Source of the DNA: Williopsis jadinii
Lineage: Eukaryota
Length of the DNA: 64,000 bases
Direction: 5' to 3'
NCBI GenBank assembly: GCA_024346625.1
Contig: AP024665.1
Span: 1,302,001-1,366,000 of the forward strand
In this document: piece after piece, positions 51,586-62,475 of the stretch
How the letters are laid out: each line of letters begins with the position of its first letter
How positions within the stretch are numbered: the stretch's first letter is position 1
Made by a program: the position numbers and the translations under genes
Notes under the pieces: model-generated
Told to the model about the DNA's origin: nothing
The model's database searches: none
Seen by the model: only the letters and a program-made list of their open reading frames with translations

Positions 51586-54104
51586 GCCGCAAAACAAGGG
51601 CTCCTCTCATCAGCAGAATGCTGGACATAGGCCCGTAACATCATGTACACACTGTCGTCAACACAAGATTAAGTGCAATGCCTCAGAAAGGTTTCCAGCG
51701 GCTTGTGCACGGTGTGAAAAGATGGGATTGCAATGTGAAATTGATCCGCAGTTTAGGCCTCGTAAAGGGTCTCAAATTCAAAGTTTGAGAAACGACGTTG
51801 ATGAATTAAAGCTGAAGATTGAATACCTCCAGAGAAATGAATCTTTGATTGCACAGGCATTGGCAAACCAACAGGTTGCAAAACAACTCCTTCAAAATGA
51901 TCATACCCCGCAGATTTCTTCTCCTTTGAATACTCATTCTCAGGAAGGCTCGGGCTCTCCTTTAATGTCTGCAAAGACAGTATTAACCAGGGAACCTCAT
52001 TTACTCATGGATAGAAGATCTGACTCAAACACAAGACAGTCTGCATCTCCAAATTCCATTCCACAGCTTCTGAACGATTCTGCGCCAACGAATAGTGACC
52101 ATAAGGATCTCCCCCCTTATTTGGAAATGTCTGTACGGGGCAACTCCCCAGTAACTCTAGGTACTGAGACATCGCATAATTCGCCTGTTTCTCAACGGTC
52201 CGGAGTCTCAACAGGCTCTAATATCGCCGAATTTGTGTTGGGTGATGTTAATTTGCCTTTGAGCAAGGCTAACGAACTGCACGATAGATTTGTGAATGAC
52301 TATTTGCCATTCTTCCCAATCATGTCGTCAAAGAGTGCTTCAGAACTGTACGCTCAATCACAACTATTATTTTGGACGGTTTGTCTCACTGCATGCTTGT
52401 CAGATCCAGAACCAACTCTTTACAACCAGTTGTCATCGTTAATCAAACAGCTTGCCATAGAAACTTGCTGGATCAGAACACCAAGATCAACTCATATCTC
52501 ACAGGCTTTGTTGATACTGTGTATGTGGCCATTACCGAATGCAAAAGTGCTGGACGATTGTTCCTACAGATTTGTGGGTCTTGCAAAAAGCCTAGGTTAT
52601 CAACTAGGTTTGCACAGAGGTAAATTCATGAGCGAATTCTCAAGAACTCAAGTATCATTACAAGACGCTGAGAAGTGGAGAACGAGGACATGGCTAGGTA
52701 TCTTTTTCAGTGAATTATTCTGGTCTTCACAACTTGGGTATACCACCATCCACGCAAACGGATTACCTCGTTGAAAATGCAAGAATTGATAAAAATTTAC
52801 CAAAAAACTTTAGATCGTTGATATCTCTGTCAATTTTCCAAGCTAAACTGGTCAACGTTATGGGATCCAGTGTTACTAGTCCAGATGGGTTGATGGAAGC
52901 TAGAAATAGGGCAGGCTCTTTGGCAATTTTGGAGAGAGAACTTGAGAGACTTGTGTTTAAACTGGAGATTGATGACATATCTGTTGAAATCTATTACTTG
53001 TATGTCAAACTCACAGTTTGTTGTTTTGCATTTTTACCTGAAACTCCTACTGAGGACCAGACCAAATATGTTACGGTGGCCTATATATCCGCCACCAGAG
53101 TTGTTACACTGGTTTCAAAGCTTTTGGAGAGTAAGAATTTGATTGAATTGCCTATCTATATTAGACAAGCGATCACATATTCTGCGTTTATCTTGTTCAA
53201 ACTCCATCTGACTCCATTGTTATTGGATAAGTACATTGACTCTGCTAGACAATCCATTGTTACTGTCCACAGATTGTTCAGAAATCAATTGTCAGCATGG
53301 AAAAACGTTGAGAATGATATATCAAGAACTGCACAGGTTCTGGAGAAATTGAATTACGTACTTTTCACCCATCCAGAATTATTTTCCGATCACGAAGGTA
53401 TCATTACAAAGATGAGATCCCATCTGACAGGGTCACTGTTCTATGATTTGGTCTACTGTGTCCATGAAGCAAGAAGGCTTACTTTAGAGGAACAGAAGGA
53501 GGGTAAAAAGAATTCTCCTGATTTCAGTGATAAAAAACGTCCAGTTCCTTTACCATTCTATAATCAGATCAACAAGGATGATTTCCAAACAATCACCACT
53601 ACGACCCCTGGAGGTACGACAATCACCACTCTTGTTCCTACTGAGAATGCTATGACAAGTGCTACAGCCGATGCCACAGCTGCTGGATTGACTAAGCCTA
53701 CAGAGATTAAAGGTATTCCGGTCTCGATGTTGGAATCTACCGGCTCCATTCCAGCAAATGCGCCAGTTATAAACACCTCGAATAATGGAACACCTATGAC
53801 TTACAGTGGAGATCTGAGACGTATTGCAAGTAACAACAGATTGGCTCAGGTTCATCAATCACCAAAACTCGATGCTTCTGGGCCATCTTTGGGCCAACCT
53901 GTCTCTAATGTCCCTGCCAATTATGATTTTGGTTTAGGCAATGTTCCATCTCCAACTGCTGTTAACTTTGATATGCAAAATGGTTCTAATGGGGGATCAA
54001 GGGCAGATTTTGATAACTTCTTTCAGCAACAAGGTGCAGGTTGGATGGAGGGAAACGATGATTTCCTTGGTTGGTTTGACATGAACATGGCTCCTGAATT
54101 TTAA
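51158..54104 (+). CDS. SEF1: Zn2Cys6 transcription factor Sef1, interrupted by a +1 frame break at 52733-52739
   Basis: ORF1 has HRPVTSCTHCRQHKIKC..C..C..CEIDPQFRPRKGSQ and KWRTRTWLGIFF..WSSQLG. The +1 frame continues IPPSTQTDYL..DDFLGWFDMNMAPEF. One extra base at CTT GGG T. Confidence 0.9.
51505..51590 (+). repeat. CAG/CAA poly-Gln tract in SEF1
   Basis: QHQHQQEHQQLQLQHHQQQQQQQQQQQPQ. Confidence 0.85.
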
Positions 54105-54325
54105 CGCATTATTGATTGTTTCCGTGTCTTATTTTCTATGACTCTTTTTGTATACAAATGATGTGTAATAGAATAACGAACTAGTGATTTATGTATTTGA
54201 TACATGTACGTACTAACCTAACAGCTGCGGGTATATGAATATAATAAGTGAAGAAAGGTGAAAAAACAGCTGAGAACGATTTAAAAGAATAACAACAGAG
54301 AAAGAAAGAGAGCAACGGGGGATAT

Positions 54326-55508
54326 CTAATCATCGTCTTCTCTAGGATCACCAATACCATCTTCGTATATCGCAAAGACCGTTTCACTTTCTGGTAAGCA
54401 AGGGGAATCGTAAATCTTACAGATTCTCTGTTCACCTTTACCCTTTCTCAGACTTAATCTTGTAGTTGAAGAGTGAGCAATGATATTACCACCAATAGGT
54501 TTCTTTGGATCTGGATTAAACATCATACCACCGTCAACCTGTGCAACGACCTGGTTAGTGATAACCACTGCTATTCCGAACTCGTCGGCTAGTCTCTGTA
54601 GAGTTCTCATATACTTAGCAACGTGCATCTGTCTCGCTGAGAGCTCACCTCTACCTGCGTAATCAGTTCTGTACAAGGCCATAATGGAATCGACAATCAA
54701 CAAAGAGAACCTCGATTCTGCCATCATGGCTGCGGCTTGGTTTAGCAAGCTAAGTTGATGGTCAGCATTATAAGCACGAGCATACGCAACGTTATCTAAA
54801 GCGTCATCTTCGTTCAAGCCATATCTTCTTGCAATAGAGACCAATCTGACCGGTCTGAAGGTCCCCTCCGTGTCAATATAGAGGCATTTACCTTCACCAC
54901 CACCCATATCGATAGGCAATTGACACGTGACAGCCAAAGTATGACAGAGTTGAGATTTACCAGTTCTAAACTCACCAAAGATCTCCGTTATCGATCCGGT
55001 CTCAATACCACCTCCTAATAGTGTATCCAACTGCTTAGAGCCCGTGGTGAGACAAATCAACTCCGATCGTCTATGATGGAACTCAGACGCGGTTGTGAAC
55101 CCCATAGGGACGAGTTTTGATGCCTCTGTTAGAAGCTTATCGGCCTTCGCTTCGGATATACCCTTAACGGTAAGAAGTGCTCTCTTTGGACTTTGGAATC
55201 ACAGTTAGTATACGAAGATCTTAGCTTGAGTAAGGGTAAAGAAAACAGTGACGTACGTATAGGCAATGGCCTCCACCGTGTTATAGCCGGCCTCCATGAG
55301 TTTCCTGACATCGCCAGCAGTGATACCGTTACCCTTTTATGAGTCAGTATAAGTGGCATCTAGAAATATAAGCAAACAAGAAAAAACGACATACTTCAAG
55401 CTTTGCAATAGGGATTGGGCCGTATGCTTCTTCATCTTCCTCATCAACCTGCATCACCTGTTCTTCTTCGACTGTAGGCGCCTGTGGTTCATCCTGTGTT
55501 GCAGTCAT
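54326..55508 (-). CDS. RAD51: Recombinase Rad51, 3 exons
   Basis: Exons 55508-55395, 55333-55257, 55190-54326. Introns 55394-55334 (GTATGT, TACTGAC, AAG) and 55256-55191 (GTACGT, TACTAAC, AAG). Joined: [42 protein letters not shown]. Confidence 0.97.
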
Positions 55509-55639
55509 CTTCGACTTCTTTAAGTATCTGAACAGGATCAAAGTTCTTATGTTTAGTGACCAGTTGTCTACTTGCTTCTTCTGTTTTTTTTTCGCCACTG
55601 ATTTCAAATTGTATTTGTTTTGATTTGGGCGTTTTCGGT

Positions 55640-55703
55640 ACGCGTGATTTTTCGTGACTGTTTATCACGTGATCAGGGCTGTTTCGCGCCTCATTTTTCG
55701 CGT
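55640..55703 (-). promoter_or_regulatory. RAD51 promoter G1/S (MCB/SCB) cluster with Cbf1 E-box
   Basis: ACGCGT 55640-55645; TTTCGTG about 55650-55656; TCACGTGA 55665-55672; TTTCGCG twice (about 55682 and 55696). Confidence 0.7.
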
Positions 55704-56418
55704 TTGCGTGTTTGGCTTCCTTTCATTTGGTTCAACATTTCATGGAATGGATGGATGTTTTGCTTCTTTCTTGACATCCAGTAGTGCCTGTCACAATCCT
55801 AAAGTCCAGCTACGGTGTCTTGTCGACAGCTCGACCTCGTGGATTACCTCTACAGCCTATCTGTGAAGCGTGTGTGGGACTAGCCCATAGCTGGGTGTAG
55901 TATATGTTGTCTCAGATGCACATGTTACCATTGGGTCCAGACTCTCAGATTCTTTCACACCTCATATACCAGTGTTGAAGCGATTAGAGGACAGGACCAT
56001 GATGGTGTTCAACTCCCATATTTATGCTATAACCAATACCAGCACGATAAAAACACCATTCCGATCAAAGCTTGGAAATGGACAGTGCAATTACATAGAG
56101 AAATTCCATGAGGCATACAATAGATTATCAGGTGTGTATTCACCCTCACACCTTGCAGTGCTTAAGGCATCCTTCTGAAGCCCAGAAGAAGTAAGCAGGA
56201 AAAGGTTACAGCCCGCCTCTTACAGAATGACAGACATACACACAGACATACACAGGCAGACTAACCGTTAACATACATTCTCCTCGGGGATGCGCGTGCA
56301 GTCCTAAGCGAAAAGCCAATGTAAAATATCTCTGGTTACATTCTCCCTTCAGGGGGGTATTGTACGCCGTTTTTTTCTGTCTACACGATCAATTGCACTC
56401 AGACTGCAAAACTGACAA

Positions 56419-58797
56419 ATGTGAGTCGTCAATTCCAACATCGTCCCAGTGTAACATTCCACCTGTTATTTACTTCGATGCCTTCTTCATGTGTGTGTGC
56501 ACCTCCCGCTGTGCCTCCTCTGCTGCCAAATTTGGCAGGCTCGTAATTTTTTTTCGGCTTGTACCGTTCTTCGCCTATTTCGCTGGAAATTGGCGGCTTA
56601 GTGAGACGACTTGTTTACTTTGCGCTCAGTTAACTTGACAACCTCTACGTACAAGGCGGCACTCTCAAGGACTGTGAGACTGGAGACTATCACCGCTGGC
56701 TTCAAAGCAACTGACAGGGACGACTAACGCTCACTTCACAATAGGCGGCTTAACTCTGGTGATACGAATACAAAGTCTAAGGCAGCTACAGACCCAAACA
56801 CCGATACATTACTTGTGGGCAATACCAGCCATAGTGGACATACTTCCACTGAGGATTTGAGGAGGTACTTCTACAATCAGTTAGACAGGTTTGACTCGTG
56901 TATTGGTAAGAGAGATAAGGAGTCCAGCAATCAGACGTTGGATATGCTACGACCTTCACCGCAATTACAAAACATCAATGAGATTTACAAAGATGAGTCG
57001 AATAGTACCGGACTTCCTGCAGGTGTCCATAGGAAATCGAGTCACAACGTCTCAACCGATGTGATTAATGAAGACCCTGAGCGGGAAGAGGCAGAGGAGA
57101 AGCTTCAAGACCAATCGTTGAAGAAAATTGCGAAGGAAATGTTCAATTTGACGTATAATGAGGTACTGGCGTCGAAGTACGCCGCTGTGCTGGGTACCAA
57201 TGAACAGTGGAACTATAAACTGTGTGAAGAGTTCATGAAACTGTTTGACAAATGGCCAGAGGCCTTGGTTCAAGCCCTGAGGCTGCTCTGTTCTAAGCTG
57301 TATCTAATTGGAGAGGCGTCTCAGATTGATCAAATTTTGGAAGTGTTTGCGATAAGCTGGTGCCAATCACATCCTCAAAACCAATTGGGTGATTATAAAA
57401 GTGTTCATATCGTGTGCTTCTCGTTGTTCATCTTGAATTCGGACCTGTACAACAATCAGAACCAGGAGACTCGATTCTCAAAGGATGAATTCGTCACTAA
57501 CACCCTGTTTGCCATAAAAGAGGAGAACTCTGCAGTTACAGACGACGATACACTAATAGAGACGCTGCGAGCATTCTATGATGATATATCTCAACGGAAA
57601 TTAGAGCTCTTGAATACTCTCCCACATCAGAAGTTTGCAAGTCGAAAGAGTAGTCGAAGATTGTTTTCAAATTCGAATACCGATAATGCACACCACAACA
57701 ACGGCAATTACGTTAATAACAGCAATAATCAGAGACACTTTTCAAATGTGTCGTTGATTTCAAAGAGTACGAGCAGATTATCGTCCATTGGATCTACAGT
57801 CTCGTTTTCGCCGTCTTTACGCAATATCAGTTCACTTACAGAGACAAATGATTCAAACTATGAAGTGGATTACATGAAGGATGAATACGATGATGAACTA
57901 GAGTCATATGGACCACCTTGGGCAATGGAAGGATTGATAAAATGTGAACCACAACAGAAAGTTAGACGGAAGAAATCGGGACTGTTTGGCTGGTTGAACA
58001 ACAACTCAAGGGGGAACATTTCATCCGAGTTGGACATCTACAACGAGAAAGATTGGAAACAGAGTATAGTTGTCATATCCAAAGGACTCTTGAAACAATA
58101 CTCCTTTGGGTCCTCATCTGATCGGAAGAACTTCATTAGAACCAAATCTAATGAATTTGTAAGCACCATCATCACTTACAATTTATACTCCGCAGTTGCA
58201 TCTCTTGTTGGTGAGAACGTCATTTCAAATGTAAACTCAAAGACTAATGGAGTTGCTTGGACTTTAACTATTCCAAACCTACTCACTAATGACTATACAG
58301 GTGACAAGAAGGTTGTCTACTACGCACCAAGCCTTCAAGTTGCTCATAATTACATTGAAACTTGCAATTTCTGGGCCGCAAGAATAACTTCAATACCAAC
58401 TTCTGATAAAGATATCGTAACAAATCAAGAGTATGGATGGAGCCCAGAAGTTCTTCGAATGGATGTCAAATCGTTACAAAGAGTTCAAATTAGCAACTGG
58501 GAATGTCTCTTGTCTATAGAATCCTCCTTCATACCATCCTCCTTATCTTTGACAGATCAATCCTCAAGCATGAAGAAGTATGTTGATAGTATCACACAGT
58601 CGTTGAACGATCATCTCGCACTGAAGGAACAGATTGAACAAACCTGGGGTGAAAAGGAAGGAATAGAAGATCGTTACAACACAGTTATGAATAACTGGAG
58701 TGAAAAATACGTTTATCTACTTCAACAGAAGACAAAACATCAGACGTATTTGGACTCTCTAGCTTTGGCACTATCTTTCAAGGCATCAAAGGTTTAG
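56419..58797 (+). CDS. YEL1: Sec7-domain Arf GEF Yel1 (EFA6-like); start codon probably split by intron 56421-56744
   Basis: Sec7 motif LVQALRLLCSKLYLIGEASQIDQILEVF..HIVCFSLFILNSDL; PH-like GPPWAMEGL..CNFWAARITS..NQEYGW. Proposed exon 1 ends AT (56419-56420) and exon 2 starts G at 56745. Alternative start ATG 56944. Confidence 0.75.
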
Positions 58798-58997
58798 CAT
58801 ATAGCTTTCTCATAGTGTATTGCAATACCATCCAATTGAATCCTGTGCTCGTTCGACAATGTCATTTTGATGAATTGTTAGTGCTAGTAAATAGCTGTTT
58901 CTCAAATGCACGCGTTGTTGTGGTGATCTATAATGTTGCTCCTACCAATATTCTTTGTTTTGATTTCCTGTGCGCACCACAAAACAACAATCAACAA

Positions 58998-59045
58998 AAG
59001 TAAACAAACAAGTAAACAAACAAATAAACAAACAAATAAACAAAC
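58998..59045 (+). promoter_or_regulatory. Four tandem 12-bp forkhead-type motifs (AARTAAACAAAC) upstream of KIP1
   Basis: aagtaaacaaac aagtaaacaaac aaataaacaaac aaataaacaaac; MCB ACGCGT at 58910-58915. Confidence 0.7.
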
Positions 59046-59086
59046 CCTCCATCAGTTTATTAACGTTGTCTCTATTCAGTTCAGAG

Positions 59087-62000
59087 ATGTTTAATAATCA
59101 ACAAGGAAAACGACCAAGGTTGTCGTTTGATACGAAACCGCATCTTTCTCAATTGGCTGTGGGTAAAAATGCACGGGCATCGATTGCCACCTCGTCTCCT
59201 TCTAAATCTAAGACATATGCTCAAAAGACAGCTTCCTCCAACCAAAAGTCTTCGAACTTGGCCTCTGATCAAGAATCGAATATATCTGTGTATGTGAGAT
59301 GCAGATCGTTGAATGAAAGGGAGCTTGATGAAAACGCTGGCAAAGTGATCTCTACAAATGGGCATATGAAGAAAGAGGTGATTGTCAAAAGTGCAAGGGA
59401 AAAGACGTATACTTTCGATAGGGTATTTGGCCCTGAGAGTGACCAAGAGATGATATACGATGGTGTGGCAAAACCTTTGCTCCAAGAGATGCTACAGGGC
59501 TATAACTGTACTGTTTTTGCATACGGTCAGACAGGTACTGGTAAGACGCACACTATGAGTGGTGATATCCAAATGTCAAACAACAGAATTGCGGAGAACG
59601 CTGGTATAATCCCTAGAACTTTACTCGACTTGTTCAGGTCCCTTGAGAAGAACTCTGAGTTCACGGTAAAAGTTTCCTTTATCGAACTATATAACGAAGA
59701 ATTAAGAGATCTTCTCATAACAAAGGACTCTGAAGATCGGAAAGTTAGAATCTTTGATGACCCTGAAAAAAAAAGTATCGTTGTCCAAGGAATGGAAGAG
59801 GTATTCATCAAGAATGTCTCTGAAGGTATGAATGTATTGATGAGAGGATCTTATAACAGACAAGTGGCTGCTACAAAATGTAACGACTTATCTTCAAGGT
59901 CCCATAGTGTGTTCGCTATCACTGTTCATATGAAGGAGATCGATCCCATCTCAGGTGAAGAATATCTCAAAATTGGTAAACTAAATTTGGTGGATTTGGC
60001 AGGTTCTGAGAATATCAGCAGATCTGGTGCGGAAAATAAACGAGCTCGAGAAGCTGGAATGATCAATCAAAGTCTTTTAACTTTGGGAAGAGTTATCAAT
60101 GCACTTGTCGACCAATCACCACACATTCCGTATAGGGAGTCTAAATTGACTAGGCTTTTACAGGATTCTTTGGGAGGACGTACAAAGACATGTATCATTG
60201 CTACTATCTCACCATCAAAGGCATCGTTAGATGAAACTGTTAGCACGTTGGAATATGCTAACAGAGCTAAAAGTATCAAGAATAAACCCCAACTGAATCA
60301 AACAATGTCAAAGAAGATGATGATTAAGGAATACGTTCAAGAAATTGAGAGACTACGGAATGATTTGAACGCAACAAGAGATAAGAATGGTGTATACGTC
60401 TCAGATGAGCATTGGGAGAAGATCATGTCCGAGAGTGAAAATAGAAAGAATCAGGTTGATGATCAGAAACTCAGAATTGATGTGTTAGAGGAAAAGATCA
60501 GGAAGTCAAAAAAGGATTTCGAAGACCAGATGGAATACATCAAAGAAGTGGAAGACGAAATTGAGATTGCCAAAAGAGAGAGGAAAATTTCAATGGAGAA
60601 ACTTGAGGAATGCTCCACCAAATTGGTCAATACTGAACGCGAACTAAAGATTGAAGCACTCTGGAATAAGAACCTTGTTGAAACCGAAAAAGAGTTGGCA
60701 GATGCATATAACTTGGTGAATTCCACCCTTCAGGAAACAATCAGTATTAGAGAAGAACTTTATGATAGAATTGCCAAAAAGCATGACCTCGAAGATGAAA
60801 ATGTGATATCTTTGGAGACATCTAAAACTCACATCATTTCCCAGACAAAAATTTTCACTGAAAATGCATCTCGTTTATATGATGATAACAAAATACTGGG
60901 AGCTGCGCTTAATGATGGCTTTCAAAGCTTTATCAATTCGCATCAGTCAAAGATTGAAAAGAAATGTAACGGTATAAAGGAAATTGGTCATGACATGGAG
61001 TCACTGGTTGGCTCTTCAGTGAACACGCTCACCAACAGCTCAAAAGAGGTATCTGATCTTATCGGTGTTTCAAAGCTTCAGAACCAAGAAATGCATGACT
61101 CAGTCACAAATGAAGTCTCCAGTTTAAGGTCTGACGTCATGAATATGGCTGGAGATATAAACAAAAAGATTGGGGAAATCGATGGAATTCTTGCCTCTGG
61201 GACTGTTACTTTGAAATCCAAAGTGGATGAGAATCTTAAGAATGTTACAAAAGTATTGGAAGAAAAGGATGAGATTGTTGTCACTGCAACTTTAGCAACA
61301 AATGAAGCCAACCAGGAGATACGCTCAAAACTCGAAGATGAGATTGCTGAGCTCAAAAGATGGAAAAAATCTGAAATGGAGAACCGTCAACGGTCACAGA
61401 ATGAGTTGATGTCGCAAATATCTTCTCTTATAAGTGCTCATGATATAAAAGCGCAACAGAGATTTGATGAACAGTTAAGCTCGTTCATCCCTAAATTTGA
61501 TCATATTACCGAAAAACAATCTCAAATGACAAGTGATTTGGAGAAATTTATCGAAAACAAATGGAAACCAACTATTAGGGACTCAAGAGCCCAGGTTGAG
61601 GATAGCTTTTCCTGTTTGAAGGGTGACATTGAAGGTAATATGAAAGTGGACCTAGGTCCAATTAACAATGCGGTTGTTGATATTGTTCATAAACAGTGTT
61701 TGTCTTTTGAGAATATTTCCCAAGAGTTACAAACAAAGACAGCAGCATTGGATGAATGTCTTTCAAAGGTCGGCACTCTTGTTGGTAGCTCTTGTGATAT
61801 AACTCAAGGTGAGCTTCTAAAATTGAAATCAATGATTGGTGAATCCTTAGGAAAGATTCAAGCTGCCTTCATCAAATCTGGTAAGGCCATCGAATCTTCA
61901 AAGGCACAAGTCGTTGATACTTATCTTAATAGGCAAGACGATTTTGTGAAGTCATACAGGGACTCAACATGTGTCGATGTCAATAATCTCAACGATTATG

Positions 62001-62251
62001 TCAATCAAGTTGGATACTCAAGGGACGATGAGCCAATTCCAAAGAGGCAAAAGATCACAGTTCCTACATTGCAGAGCTTACCAAGGGCATTGTCACGCCA
62101 ACAGATCATTGCAAAGCATCAGACTGAGTTGGATGGACACCCTCAGAAGAAAATGCCATTGTCCTCAATCGACGTCAACTCCAATGTTCCCGATACTGAT
62201 AGTAAAACTGCTCCACCCACTGAAACATCACAGCAAATGGAACTACACTAA
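59087..62251 (+). CDS. KIP1: Kinesin-5 (BimC family) spindle motor
   Basis: NISVYVRCR, FAYGQTGTGKT, NDLSSRSH, LNLVDLAGSEN, IKNKPQLN..IKEYVQEIERLRNDL; linked to YEL1/PRX1/SEF1 as in the YBL060-066 region. First ATG at 59087. Confidence 0.88.
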   Translation: MFNNQQGKRPRLSFDTKPHLSQLAVGKNARASIATSSPSKSKTYAQKTASSNQKSSNLASDQESNISVYVRCRSLNERELDENAGKVISTNGHMKKEVIVKSAREKTYTFDRVFGPESDQEMIYDGVAKPLLQEMLQGYNCTVFAYGQTGTGKTHTMSGDIQMSNNRIAENAGIIPRTLLDLFRSLEKNSEFTVKVSFIELYNEELRDLLITKDSEDRKVRIFDDPEKKSIVVQGMEEVFIKNVSEGMNVLMRGSYNRQVAATKCNDLSSRSHSVFAITVHMKEIDPISGEEYLKIGKLNLVDLAGSENISRSGAENKRAREAGMINQSLLTLGRVINALVDQSPHIPYRESKLTRLLQDSLGGRTKTCIIATISPSKASLDETVSTLEYANRAKSIKNKPQLNQTMSKKMMIKEYVQEIERLRNDLNATRDKNGVYVSDEHWEKIMSESENRKNQVDDQKLRIDVLEEKIRKSKKDFEDQMEYIKEVEDEIEIAKRERKISMEKLEECSTKLVNTERELKIEALWNKNLVETEKELADAYNLVNSTLQETISIREELYDRIAKKHDLEDENVISLETSKTHIISQTKIFTENASRLYDDNKILGAALNDGFQSFINSHQSKIEKKCNGIKEIGHDMESLVGSSVNTLTNSSKEVSDLIGVSKLQNQEMHDSVTNEVSSLRSDVMNMAGDINKKIGEIDGILASGTVTLKSKVDENLKNVTKVLEEKDEIVVTATLATNEANQEIRSKLEDEIAELKRWKKSEMENRQRSQNELMSQISSLISAHDIKAQQRFDEQLSSFIPKFDHITEKQSQMTSDLEKFIENKWKPTIRDSRAQVEDSFSCLKGDIEGNMKVDLGPINNAVVDIVHKQCLSFENISQELQTKTAALDECLSKVGTLVGSSCDITQGELLKLKSMIGESLGKIQAAFIKSGKAIESSKAQVVDTYLNRQDDFVKSYRDSTCVDVNNLNDYVNQVGYSRDDEPIPKRQKITVPTLQSLPRALSRQQIIAKHQTELDGHPQKKMPLSSIDVNSNVPDTDSKTAPPTETSQQMELH

Positions 62252-62475
62252 GAGTCGTGTGTATAAGAACTGAAATATATAACATGTACTATAAACGAAC
62301 AGTATAAAAAGGAGGTTTGATTTAATGGGGAATAATCCTTACAATGGGCTCACACAGTTCAGCTCCGGACATAGCACTCGCGGCGTCGAGCATAGCGAAA
62401 AACTTTTGATCTCTCAAGATGAGCCTCCTCCACCCTCTCCGCAGGGTCCAACACCACAGACAACCTTGGGCACGA

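Noticed and set aside
58970..59086. KIP1 N-terminal extension VNKQINKQ, or a 5' intron ending at 59079
   Set aside because: The extension is only the translated promoter repeat from a GTG. TATTAAC..CAG lacks a credible donor.
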